Assembly (NCBI GenBank): GCA_019058295.1
Contig: JAHPZI010000008.1
Location: 1-64,000 of the forward strand
Direction of reading: 5' to 3'
DNA from: Promethearchaeota archaeon
GTDB taxonomy: Archaea; Asgardarchaeota; Lokiarchaeia; Sigyniarchaeales; SOKP01
Length of the DNA: 64,000 bases
Position 1 is the first letter of the stretch. The number at the start of each line of letters is the position of its first letter. The notes under the pieces are model-generated. The model searched no databases. It was not told the origin of the DNA and saw nothing but the letters and a program-made list of their open reading frames with translations. This document shows, piece after piece, positions 50,983 through 61,075 of this stretch. Both the position numbers and the translations under genes were made by a program.

Positions 50983-52716
50983 ATAGGATTAAGATTGAGT
51001 TCTTTTTTCTGCGTAGTAGCGTTATTTGGACTAATTTATGCCATAATTTTTGCTATTGGAATCTGGTATAATTGGAGCCTCTGGTTAATGATTGGATTAA
51101 CAATTGGTATTATTTTATTACAATATTTAGTAGGACCCTATATAATTAACTGGATTTATAATATTAACTGGATTCCATATGAACAGTTTCAGAAAGATTA
51201 TCCCAATTTGGCTGAAGTTGTTGAAAAAGTTATAGAAATCAGAGGAATTAAAACTCCATTAATGGGGATTATTCCAGATAAAAATCCTAATGCATTTACA
51301 TTTGGTTGGACAAAAAATAGCGCAAGAATAGTAATCACCCAGGGCATCCTTGAATATTTAAATAAAAATGAACAAAAAGCAGTAGTAGCTCATGAATTAG
51401 GCCACGTTGTACATAATGATTTTATTTTAATGACTTTAGTTTTCGCAATTCCTTTACTGTTGTTAACAATTGCTAGATGGTGTTATTATGCAAGTCGGGG
51501 CTTTTTTCATAGTGGTGATGATGAAGGTGTAGGTGTAGCCATAGGAGCAGCTTTAACTGTTGTTGCTGCATTATCATATCTATCTTACTTCATAAGTTAT
51601 TTAATATCATTAGTAATAAGTAGAATAAGAGAATACTATGCTGATGAACACGCTGGAGAAATAACAGGAAATCCTAATTTATTATCAACAGCACTCGTAA
51701 CAATTGCTTATGGATTACTAATGGAGAAAAATGTTCAGGAAAATCGAACTTCGAGAATTAGAGCTTTGAGAGGATTTGGAATCTTTAATCCGCAAGCCGC
51801 CACTGCTCTCGCTGTTTCAAGCGCAAGAAAAGATGGAAAATATTCAAAAGATGCAATTCAAGCCGCCGCAGCATGGGACTTATTCAATCCATGGGCAAAA
51901 TATTATCAGATATTTAGCACACACCCATTACCAGCAAAAAGGATAATGCGTTTAAATAAGCAGTGTGATATATATGGGATAACACCTGAAATTAATTTTT
52001 CATATGCCAAGAAAATTAAAGAGGAACAAGCAGGAAAATCAATGATCCCTGAATTTCTCACGGATGTAACAATGATGTATCTACCAATTCTCATTTTTAT
52101 AGCATTAATAGCTTTGACATTAGTATGGATATTCAATATAGCTGGATTATATGATTTAAGCTCTGGAGGTGTGTTGGATAGTATGATCTCAAATCTTCTC
52201 CTGCTTTGGGCAATAGGATTTTTTTTAATAGGGTTTAGTGTCCTTATTAAAGTTGCTTTTAAATATAAAAGTGGATTTGAACCAAAAGAAGTTATTGATT
52301 TGGTTACTTATGTGAAAGCTTCACCAATTAGAACAATTCCAGCAATTTTAGAGGGTACAATTGTCGGACGAGGAGTCCCAGGATATTATTTTGGAGAAGA
52401 CATGCTATTACAAGACGAAACTGGTTTAATATTTCTCGACTATGAATCACTAATTCCCCTCTTTGGTAATTTAATCTTTGCAATGAGAACAATTAAGAAA
52501 TATATCGGCCAAAGAGTGAGAGTAATCGGTTGGTATAGAAGAGGACCCTCACCATATTTTGAGATTAAAATGATCGAATCAGCATCCGGACAGAGAAATA
52601 AAAATTATAGAAAACAGGCATCATATATATGGGCGATTATTGCCTTTGTAATTGGATTTATTATCTTTTTAATCTGGATTCAGGTTTCTGGTTTAAACTA
52701 TTATGGATTATTTTAA
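50983..52716 (+). CDS. htpX: HtpX/M48 membrane zinc protease with C-terminal extension; probable ATA start at 50983
   Basis: PNAFTFG, AHELGH, SRIREYYAD, STHP; SD AGGTGA at 50971. Confidence 0.9.
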   Translation: MGLRLSSFFCVVALFGLIYAIIFAIGIWYNWSLWLMIGLTIGIILLQYLVGPYIINWIYNINWIPYEQFQKDYPNLAEVVEKVIEIRGIKTPLMGIIPDKNPNAFTFGWTKNSARIVITQGILEYLNKNEQKAVVAHELGHVVHNDFILMTLVFAIPLLLLTIARWCYYASRGFFHSGDDEGVGVAIGAALTVVAALSYLSYFISYLISLVISRIREYYADEHAGEITGNPNLLSTALVTIAYGLLMEKNVQENRTSRIRALRGFGIFNPQAATALAVSSARKDGKYSKDAIQAAAAWDLFNPWAKYYQIFSTHPLPAKRIMRLNKQCDIYGITPEINFSYAKKIKEEQAGKSMIPEFLTDVTMMYLPILIFIALIALTLVWIFNIAGLYDLSSGGVLDSMISNLLLLWAIGFFLIGFSVLIKVAFKYKSGFEPKEVIDLVTYVKASPIRTIPAILEGTIVGRGVPGYYFGEDMLLQDETGLIFLDYESLIPLFGNLIFAMRTIKKYIGQRVRVIGWYRRGPSPYFEIKMIESASGQRNKNYRKQASYIWAIIAFVIGFIIFLIWIQVSGLNYYGLF

Positions 52717-52754
52717 ATTCTGAATTAAGGGGTTTCATTATTTCTTGATATTAT

Positions 52755-53930
52755 TTATTCTGAAGGAGGTAAGGGAGGGACAATATGATCATTCCATTCC
52801 TCTTCGACGGGATAATCCCACCAGTTTTCAGGAATCTGTGAATACACTCCATATTTTTCGAGACCCTTTTTGAAGGCTCTTATGTTTTTTGCTGGCGCTC
52901 TGAGAACTCTTGGTTCTGCATAAAAATAGGCTCCAAAACCTCCATGTTTCGTGCCTAAATTTCTCACCATATGCCATACTTCCCGTTCAACCTCTTCGGG
53001 TGTTCCATTCACATAAATTGATTGAATATTTACACAGCCCCACATCATAATTTTTCCCCTAAATTTTTGTAAATCCTTATATCCACACATTCGAGGAGAA
53101 TCAAATTCGATAGCATCTAAGCCCCATTCGATTAAAGGAGGAATAAGAGCATCCATCTTACCACAACTATGAATGACAAAATCGCAACCATATTCGTGAA
53201 CTCTATCAAAGATACGTCTGTAAAATGGTTCATAAATTTTTTTAAATATTTTAGGACTCATTAGAGGTCTTGATTGTTCACCTAAATCCTCCGCAATCAT
53301 AAATCCATGTGGTTGTAAATCATACTCAATGCAAGTATCTATAAATTGAATATGATAGTCTGTAATAAACTCTAATAATTCTTTCAATTTTTCAGGATTT
53401 CTTCTATGATCTATCAAACAATTATTAAAACCTCTGATCTTGCAAGCTCTTTCAAAAAGTCCAAAGTCATAAATAACTAGTCTGTATTTTTTATCCTCTT
53501 CTTTAGTTGATTCTATCAACCGTCTGCAAAGAATAAATCTACTCTCATCTCTTGCCTCTAACTTATATTGAGCCTTATATTGTTCTAATTGATCCCAATC
53601 TGCTAATACAGGTCGCCCAGGATGTCCCATATTATCTTCTCTTCCAGACATATTCCATATAGAACCCCATTCATCCACTTCTTCATGGGGAACTGTACGC
53701 CAATTATCACCCTCAAATTCCGGTTTCTTTGCCCAGTCAGGTCTATCCCATTTATATCCTCGGATTACATGGGGAAATAATCCGTATTCATTCTCCACCC
53801 AACCCGGTCTCCACTTCGTCGAATGAATAACTGGTAAAGGTAAAATATCTCCCTTAACTAGATTAAACACGGGCACTTTATCAGGATTTTGGAAGTGCTG
53901 TGCTGCCTTGACTCGTTCAAATGAGTTCAT
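52755..53930 (-). CDS. Uroporphyrinogen decarboxylase/MtaA-CmuA family protein
   Basis: DEWGSIW, GLFER, EDLG, MSPK, HSCG, GTPEEV. Confidence 0.85.
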   Translation of the reverse strand: MNSFERVKAAQHFQNPDKVPVFNLVKGDILPLPVIHSTKWRPGWVENEYGLFPHVIRGYKWDRPDWAKKPEFEGDNWRTVPHEEVDEWGSIWNMSGREDNMGHPGRPVLADWDQLEQYKAQYKLEARDESRFILCRRLIESTKEEDKKYRLVIYDFGLFERACKIRGFNNCLIDHRRNPEKLKELLEFITDYHIQFIDTCIEYDLQPHGFMIAEDLGEQSRPLMSPKIFKKIYEPFYRRIFDRVHEYGCDFVIHSCGKMDALIPPLIEWGLDAIEFDSPRMCGYKDLQKFRGKIMMWGCVNIQSIYVNGTPEEVEREVWHMVRNLGTKHGGFGAYFYAEPRVLRAPAKNIRAFKKGLEKYGVYSQIPENWWDYPVEEEWNDHIVPPLPPSE

Positions 53931-54047
53931 TATTATTACTTAATATTTGATTGAACTTAATCATTTATTTTTTTTAAAAAAAAAAAAAATCAAAAATAGA
54001 ATAAGAAAAGAAAAAAAGTGTTAATTTACTGGTTTAAAATTTATTAC

Positions 54048-54494
54048 TTATAAATCTTCGGTTAAGTCTTCGAACGCTTCCATGGCTAATTCAATAATTT
54101 CTTGAAATGCCATCGCATCTTGAAGATTACCCTCAACGGTAATGTCTCCTGCCATATATGCTGAGGTGGCATCAACCTCGCCAAATAGCATACCGGCACC
54201 AACTGCCATTGTGCATGAAAATGTAAAGCTAGGATTGTCTATTTCGCCTTCTCCATAACTTATATCACCATTTTGGGCTTTAATCCAATACTTCTTATCT
54301 ACATCTGTTAGAATTTGTTGTACGGCTATATCCATATCCTCTAATTCTTCAGCGAGGTCCTCATTTTCTGTGGATACTGCTTTGAAGAATTTAAAGACGT
54401 CTATCATATCTTCAGGCTTCGCTGCATCAGCGCCTCCATCAAATTTTGCTTTTAAACTTTTTAATAATGCTTCATCAACCATTTTAAATTTCAA
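54048..54494 (-). CDS. SCP2 sterol-binding domain protein
   Basis: GEVDATSAYMAGDITVEGNLQDAM. Confidence 0.88.
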   Translation of the reverse strand: MKFKMVDEALLKSLKAKFDGGADAAKPEDMIDVFKFFKAVSTENEDLAEELEDMDIAVQQILTDVDKKYWIKAQNGDISYGEGEIDNPSFTFSCTMAVGAGMLFGEVDATSAYMAGDITVEGNLQDAMAFQEIIELAMEAFEDLTEDL

Positions 54495-54739
54495 CCTTAT
54501 TTTATAATTTAGTATATTTGTTAATTATTTAATATATTAAATTGTAACTTATAATAACCTTTTAAAATATAAAAAGGTTTCAAACTCTTCTAGGATTTTA
54601 TCATTTTTAAGTATTATAATTTGAATCTTTTTTTTTTTCATTTTTACATAAAAAATTATAATAAAATAAGCCAACCTTTAAAATTTATATGCTTTATCGT
54701 TAAGTTTTTGAGAAATAAATTTTTTTTATTTTTACTTAG

Positions 54740-54789
54740 TAAAATGTGAATGAAAAATCATGAATAAAATGTGAATGAAAAATCATGGA
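54740..54789 (+). repeat. 25-bp tandem duplication spanning an MFS start codon
   Basis: TAAAATGTGAATGAAAAATCATG(A/G)A x2. Confidence 0.85.
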
Positions 54790-56002
54790 TAACCTTGAGG
54801 ATCATCAGAAATGGTATTTTTGGCCAGTGTTATTGCTAAGTTTGTTATACCCAATTAATTTATCGGTATTGGGCGTGTCAATTCCAATTTATTACTATAA
54901 TGAAGGAGTAAGTATTGAAATTATCGGTTTTTTAGCAGCGGCCATAGCTTTACCTTACAGTTTTTCTCCTTTATTATTAAATAAACTCTCGGAAAAGTTT
55001 GGAAGGAAAAAAAGCGTTCTAATCGCAACTTTAGGTGCGACAGCAGCACAAATTAGTTTTTACATCACATTAGAACCTTTAATATTCTTTATTGCAAGAC
55101 TCGCTGAAGGTTTTATAATGGGTTTCTATTGGACTAACTTGCAGGCAACCATATCCGACAGCTCTAAAGAGAAGCGTAGTAAATATACAGCAGTTTTTAA
55201 CCTTTCTTGGAATATAGGTGTTTTAATTGGACTTTTATTTGGCGCAATTGTAGTATTTTTTGTCGAGGATGTTTTAATTATTTTTTATCTTTCTCCCGTA
55301 ATAATGATAATTACTTGCGTTATTGCTGTATTTTTTTTTAAAAACCCACCTTATGCAAACTCACAAATTTCCTCAATAAATCAAAATAACATAAAAGCTG
55401 ATGTCTTTGACTCACAAAATAAAAACGATTTTTCCAAGTATTCCATACCTGTTATGGTGCCAATTATAATTATTGCAGGTTATTCAATTTTAAGGGCAAG
55501 TATAGGATTCTTGTATCCGATTAAATCCGAAATATTAGGAATTGAAACTTATACAGTGTATTTATTTATATTTTTTTTAGTTCTCACTCAAGCAATTTTC
55601 GCTACGCTTTCAAGTTTCTTAAGCATGAAATGGTTAAAATGCGTTACTCTAATGTCGTTAGGGGTTATCACGCTTCTAATGCTGATTTTTGGCATTGTCG
55701 TAGATTACAACGCAGCTCTTTTTATAGCACTTTTTTTGATAATAGGTGTTTTTTGCGGGATACTTTACGGCTCAGCTTTAAAATTATTTATTGCGCTTAA
55801 TGTTAAAAAAAAAACCACCAAATATACGAGCATTAACGAGAGTATAATTGGTATATTCTTTTTAATTATCCCAATTTTACTTGGATTTATTGCTACCGCT
55901 GATTTAAATTTAGGATTTTATGTAATTGCATTCGTTTTCCTATTAAACCTTATCATAGCTTCGATTTTCATTATTCAAATTCAAAAAGATTCAGAAAAAT
56001 AA
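54785..56002 (+). CDS. MFS transporter
   Basis: KLSEKFGRKK, ARLAEG; about 12 TM helices. Confidence 0.85.
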   Translation: MDNLEDHQKWYFWPVLLLSLLYPINLSVLGVSIPIYYYNEGVSIEIIGFLAAAIALPYSFSPLLLNKLSEKFGRKKSVLIATLGATAAQISFYITLEPLIFFIARLAEGFIMGFYWTNLQATISDSSKEKRSKYTAVFNLSWNIGVLIGLLFGAIVVFFVEDVLIIFYLSPVIMIITCVIAVFFFKNPPYANSQISSINQNNIKADVFDSQNKNDFSKYSIPVMVPIIIIAGYSILRASIGFLYPIKSEILGIETYTVYLFIFFLVLTQAIFATLSSFLSMKWLKCVTLMSLGVITLLMLIFGIVVDYNAALFIALFLIIGVFCGILYGSALKLFIALNVKKKTTKYTSINESIIGIFFLIIPILLGFIATADLNLGFYVIAFVFLLNLIIASIFIIQIQKDSEK

Positions 56003-56005
56003 AAA

Positions 56006-56110
56006 CGCCCACACCGGGAGTTTCAATGGGTGTCGCAATTACACCCAAATTTGAACCCGGGTCGCAGGAGTGACAGTCCCGAATGCTGGACCGAACTACA
56101 CTATGTGGGC
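56006..56110 (-). tRNA. tRNA-Asp(GTC) with a 30-nt intron in the T-loop (59/60; 56020-56049)
   Basis: GCCCACA acceptor, anticodon loop CT-GTC-AC, CCGGG-TTCAAA[intron]T-CCCGG; BHB central helix TTCA/TGAA with 3-nt bulges. Confidence 0.92.
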
Positions 56111-56277
56111 TTTTATTGTAAGGTAAAAGAATTACTAAAGCAAAAGAATAGATAACATAAAAATTTTTTTGAGAAAAAAGTTTTTAGAAATCAAGCATAA
56201 AAATATTAAAAGCATTTTTATCCTTACAATCTATTAATTTTTTTAGAAGAGAAATTGAGAGATAAAAAACTACGCAA

Positions 56278-56382
56278 GGGCCTATAATCTAGTCTGGATA
56301 TTTGTTTTCACTTAGGAAATAAGCCAAAAAGGGTGCCCGGCTTCGGACTGGGATGTCGCAGGTTCGAATCCTGCTAGGCCCA
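56278..56382 (+). tRNA. tRNA-Arg(TCG) with a ~30-nt intron in the D-loop (~20/21; 56300-56329)
   Basis: GGGCCTA/TAGGCCC acceptor, CCCGG-CTTCGGA-CTGGG anticodon arm, GCAGG-TTCGAAT-CCTGC; relaxed BHB. Confidence 0.9.
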
Positions 56383-56487
56383 TTTTATAAATTAAAAAAT
56401 AAAACTTAACTGGATTTAGAAAATTTTTGTAAAGTATAAACAATGAGAATCTCTTTATTTTTTTTTGAGACTTTCTTTATATTTAAT

Positions 56488-57150
56488 TTAAATTAACTCT
56501 TCAATTTTTTTTGCGAGATTTGACATAAGTACAATTCCCATTCCTAATCTTATAGTGGAATTGAATAATAAAACTAGAATGAATTTAACTCCTAAGATGT
56601 GCATATATTGCGAACAAACTTTTTGTTGGTCATCTAATTCAAGTAGCATTCTTCTTATACTTGATAGATTATTTTTTTCTCTTGATTCAAACTCTCTAAT
56701 TGTATCAGATAAAGTCATATGAGGTAGAGAAGAGTAGATGACATTTCCTTCGAGTGTGAATAAACCGCTTCCTAATATTTCTTTGTCATCAACCGTGCTT
56801 CTTAAAAGGTCAATTATTTCTTGAAACATGGGCAAGGTGGTGAGAGTACTAAGTTCCCCTCCTTTTTTTTGACTTTCTTCTAATGCTTCACCAGATCCTT
56901 CAAAGAATTCCATTTTTGATAATTCGTAATCAATTTTTTGATAGCCTCTTACTTTAAAATTTTTGTCTATAAAAGCTTGAAATGTGTGTTCACATACTAG
57001 TCCAGACGGTATTGATACAGTAGTTAATTGTTTGCTTTGATTTATAATTTTACTAGGAATAGTTAATTCATTTCTCTTATTACATTGAGGACATACTATC
57101 CTAACTTCCTTAAATTCTACCTGAGGGGCAGCTTTATTCGCATCGATCAT
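56488..57150 (-). CDS. Zn-ribbon + roadblock/profilin-like domain protein
   Basis: CPQC...CEHTFQAFIDKNFKVRGYQ; C-term ILGSGLFTLEGNVIYSSLP...RLGMG. Confidence 0.7.
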   Translation of the reverse strand: MIDANKAAPQVEFKEVRIVCPQCNKRNELTIPSKIINQSKQLTTVSIPSGLVCEHTFQAFIDKNFKVRGYQKIDYELSKMEFFEGSGEALEESQKKGGELSTLTTLPMFQEIIDLLRSTVDDKEILGSGLFTLEGNVIYSSLPHMTLSDTIREFESREKNNLSSIRRMLLELDDQQKVCSQYMHILGVKFILVLLFNSTIRLGMGIVLMSNLAKKIEELI

Positions 57151-57559
57151 AAATTTAAATTGCCCTTTTATTTATTCTCATTAAATTAAATTAAATTAAG
57201 TAATCAAATTTATAATAAAATATTTTTCTTTTTATATTATAAACCATCAATATCTTATTTTTTAACAGAAATTCTATACTATATTTTTTCTTAATTTTTT
57301 AATCCATTAGTGAGCAATTTTTCTGAACATTCTGCAAGAAATTTCCAAATATTTTAAAACAAATAATACGTTTATTGTGTAGTACAATAATTCCGAATGA
57401 TGATAGAATATAATCATGAATTTTATTACATTATATAAAATTTATTTACTTTACAGTTATGTTGTTGAAACCTTAATTTTGAATTATACCCCTTTAACCT
57501 AAAATTATTTATAAATTGGAAGTTATAATTATAGATAATAATGGATTTTTGATTAAATA

Positions 57560-57916
57560 ATGTCTGTGTCGCTAGATCTCGATCTAATTATGAATAAATT
57601 AGTAATGGAACTAGGAGCTAAATTATATTTTATATTAATTATCTCTGAAAACGGAGTGGTTATAAAATCATATATAAATGAAGAAGAATTCAATAAAGCA
57701 GCCATTGCTGTAGATATTTCTCAACTCTATGAATTGACAGAAGAAATAACTCAGCTGATTGGTATTCATGCCCCTGATTTTAATATAATTCATTCTGATA
57801 ATTTTTACATTTTGTCAATAAAAATTTTGGAAAAAGTAATTATTCTTTTGACAGAAGACCAAATTGATATCAATCAAGTTTTTGATCTTATTAACAAAAG
57901 TATGAAAACTGATTAA
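57560..57916 (+). CDS. Roadblock/LAMTOR-like small protein
   Basis: 118 aa with helix-strand-strand (ILIISENGVVIKS)-helix-three strands-helix pattern. Confidence 0.65.
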   Translation: MSVSLDLDLIMNKLVMELGAKLYFILIISENGVVIKSYINEEEFNKAAIAVDISQLYELTEEITQLIGIHAPDFNIIHSDNFYILSIKILEKVIILLTEDQIDINQVFDLINKSMKTD

Positions 57917-57982
57917 TAATTCTCTTGAAAAAGAATCAGAAAAAAAAGAATGAAATATTATTCAAAATAAGAAAAAAAATTT

Positions 57983-60900
57983 CTATTTATAATCGAGGTC
58001 AGCTGATTTTTTTGGTTTGATTCCAATTTTTTCTTGAACTTCTTTTAGATGTCCCTCAAATTGTCCAAGTAATAATTCTTCTTCTTTAAATTTTTTCTGC
58101 AGTTCTCTTATCTCATTATGTAAAAATTCTACGACCGTTTCTTCAAAAGGTCTGAAAGGGCTAACTGCTCCATTAAACTTTTCTACCATTTCACCGTATT
58201 CCTCTTGAAATAATGTGTTTACTGAGGATAAAACATCTGAAATTTCAATCGTTCCTCTTGAAGAAACAAATGCCATAAAATAATTTGTTCCTTCTAAAAT
58301 TCTTCTGTGTATTTCGTTATCATCTACAATTGTACTGTAATCCGTTTGACTGTTAAAAACAGGTTGATATTCTAAAGATGTATCCGATGTTTCTCTGCTA
58401 AAATTTCGTATTGCCGTTAGAAATCCGCCAATTAGAGCAGAGTCCCTCATCATACCCTTGCCTATGAGATGTTTATATTTTTCATCTAAAACTTCCCCGA
58501 ATCTGAAGTCTGATATTTCAATCATTGTCGTTCCTTGTTCCGAGTGGACGATTATTATCCAGTAGATCGAAGCGATTTCGGATATCTGAGCTTCAATAAG
58601 AGAAATTTTTTGTTCTGAAGCCGTTGTTTTCGTTTTTAAGGCAACTAATTCAGAATCTAATTCTCTTTGTGCCTTAACCTTATGCCTTGAAATTAAGAGG
58701 AATACTGCTAAAATGCTCACAGCGATTAATATCCCTATAATGATGAACCACAATAGTATATTTTCTTCCTTGTCTTTACCGTCATCATCATCATCATCAG
58801 CAGGAGGAGCTAAAACAGGTTTTGCTTCTACTGTAAATTTGATTGTTTCTTCAGCGATATAAAAGGGACTAATAAGACGATAAGTCATATTATGTACTCC
58901 AGGAGTAAAAGAAAAAAGATTATATCCTGATGAATTTGATGCTAAGCTTACATTTTTAGTACTAATATTATCGATAAGAATTTCTATCGTCATATTTTCT
59001 CTATTTCCCTTGAAGTTTCCTTCCTCTAAATTCCATGTAAAATTTGTATTTTTGGACTCCTTGATTATACCAGAATAGTCAACGGAGATTTCAAGTTCTT
59101 TTTTTAAAATTTCAACGGCATGTTCGGCGCTTCCTTGATAATAATTAGAATCTATAGTTATGTTTACTCTATAAAAACCTGGTATTGTATCGTTTGAAAT
59201 TTTAGGCAAATTTCCCTCTGGATCTAAAAGAGTGAAAGATTGGACTATTTGTTGACCCCAAGGATGGGGACCATCCATTTCTCCAGTGGCATTATTAATA
59301 AATGTAAGATTTACTGTAACAGGAATTTTTAAATAATTTTCTATCATATATACAAATCCCTGATCAGTAGTATAATTAACAGATAAACTTATAGTCAAGG
59401 AAAATTCCTGCTCTACTTCTAATTCATCAGCAGCTCCAAGGATTTTAACGGTTACATTTCTTTTATATACAATCCAAGGTTCCAAGACAAATTCCGAATA
59501 TGAATATCCTGTTTTACTTGCTGTAAATGTAATATTATAATCGTCCCTTGGAGGAATTTGAAGTTCACCTAAATCAATCTCATTCAAATAAAGCCATAAA
59601 TTTAGGGGTTGATATGGATGTTTTACATAATTCAATTCAGCACCATAATCTAGAAGCTTATATGTTACAGTAGCATTGCTAATCATAGTTCTATTAAAAA
59701 TTTCAGTTGAATTCTCTTTAAAGTTATAACCTAAAACATTCGTAAGATATTCAGCATAATCGACATCCAAAAGTACTGCGCCAATACCGAATTGTGGATT
59801 AAAAACAGTTGTATTCTCCGTAAAACCAATAATTTGCGCACGTTTAAATAATTCCACTTCAACAATTTTTGTACCAAATTTTATATCAGAGCCATCTGTA
59901 AGTGTGACATTAAGAATAGCAATACCTCCCTTTGAATGGTTTAACATTATATAATTATAATTAATAATATCCATATTCTGTACAGGCGTTTCGTATATGT
60001 CTGTAGTTCCATTAGTATCTGTAAATTCGATCCTCAAATTGCCGTCCATTTTACATGTAACATTAAGTCGAAGTTCATTTAATCCATACATCTCTAATTT
60101 GTCGTTGTATGTGATTGAAACATAGTTTGGAGAGTAAAAGGTAATTTTATACTCTTCATAAGATCCATATATTATTAAATGTGTTGAATTCCTATAGTAT
60201 GGAAGTGCATCCCAATAATCATCTATAGTTGGAGATCTTCCTTTTACATTACCTACTATAAAAGAATCATCAAGCAAAATTTCAGCCCTATATTGATCTG
60301 GAAGATCATATGGAGATGGATTAAAATATCTATTATCATAATTTAATTCCCATTCAATCAGATCGGTTTGTGTATTTTCAATAGTTGGTTTGAATGATGC
60401 TTTTGCAGTATTATTTGAAATAGCATTAAAAAAATACAAAGTTCCATTGTAGGTGATATTTGTTAATCCAGTATAAGTATATGATATGGTGGAAGCTCCA
60501 AAGGGAAATATTGGAGCTATATACCCTAAATGACAATATCCACTAGCATTTCCTTGGCCAGGTCCATCATCATTAATAGTAAATTGTTCCCATCCTCCAG
60601 GGGCGATAGGACCTGCATAACATGAATATGCCATACCAGCAAAATCATTTGGTCTTAATTCATCTTTTGTTGGAGAGGTTGCATTTATCAAATCCGTTAG
60701 ATAGAATTCAAAAGATGCATTCGTACTATAATAAAACCATTGGAACATAAAATTTGTAGGCGGTTTCCCCCCATAACCCCCTCCAGTTGAATTATAATTT
60801 ACATAAGAAAATGAGTTGTTAGCTATTTCATGAATTTCGACATCAAAAGAAAAATTAAGACCTGTTTCAATGGGACCAGCTGTTTTAGGAGATTTTTTAT

Positions 60901-61075
60901 TTATAGGTTCTTCTTTTATGATATCTTTATCTTTTATATCTAAAATAGGATCATTTTCTAATTTCTTTTGATTATTTGCTGGAATTATTCCCTGATTTAT
61001 AATTCCTGTAAAAATACTTAATGTAAAAAGAGAAATCAAAATAATTCCTAAAATTCTCAGGTTTTTTTTGCTCAT
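57983..61075 (-). CDS. Large single-pass surface protein: signal/anchor, N-glycosylation-site-rich beta ectodomain, acidic linker, TM helix, cytoplasmic coiled coil + longin-like domain
   Basis: N-terminal hydrophobic helix; many NxS/T sites; YNITFTASKTGY; PPADDDDDDG; TM ILLWFIIIGILIAVSILAVFLLI; WIIIVHSEQGTTMI...DSALIGGFLTAIRNFSRE. Confidence 0.8.
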   Translation of the reverse strand: MSKKNLRILGIILISLFTLSIFTGIINQGIIPANNQKKLENDPILDIKDKDIIKEEPINKKSPKTAGPIETGLNFSFDVEIHEIANNSFSYVNYNSTGGGYGGKPPTNFMFQWFYYSTNASFEFYLTDLINATSPTKDELRPNDFAGMAYSCYAGPIAPGGWEQFTINDDGPGQGNASGYCHLGYIAPIFPFGASTISYTYTGLTNITYNGTLYFFNAISNNTAKASFKPTIENTQTDLIEWELNYDNRYFNPSPYDLPDQYRAEILLDDSFIVGNVKGRSPTIDDYWDALPYYRNSTHLIIYGSYEEYKITFYSPNYVSITYNDKLEMYGLNELRLNVTCKMDGNLRIEFTDTNGTTDIYETPVQNMDIINYNYIMLNHSKGGIAILNVTLTDGSDIKFGTKIVEVELFKRAQIIGFTENTTVFNPQFGIGAVLLDVDYAEYLTNVLGYNFKENSTEIFNRTMISNATVTYKLLDYGAELNYVKHPYQPLNLWLYLNEIDLGELQIPPRDDYNITFTASKTGYSYSEFVLEPWIVYKRNVTVKILGAADELEVEQEFSLTISLSVNYTTDQGFVYMIENYLKIPVTVNLTFINNATGEMDGPHPWGQQIVQSFTLLDPEGNLPKISNDTIPGFYRVNITIDSNYYQGSAEHAVEILKKELEISVDYSGIIKESKNTNFTWNLEEGNFKGNRENMTIEILIDNISTKNVSLASNSSGYNLFSFTPGVHNMTYRLISPFYIAEETIKFTVEAKPVLAPPADDDDDDGKDKEENILLWFIIIGILIAVSILAVFLLISRHKVKAQRELDSELVALKTKTTASEQKISLIEAQISEIASIYWIIIVHSEQGTTMIEISDFRFGEVLDEKYKHLIGKGMMRDSALIGGFLTAIRNFSRETSDTSLEYQPVFNSQTDYSTIVDDNEIHRRILEGTNYFMAFVSSRGTIEISDVLSSVNTLFQEEYGEMVEKFNGAVSPFRPFEETVVEFLHNEIRELQKKFKEEELLLGQFEGHLKEVQEKIGIKPKKSADLDYK

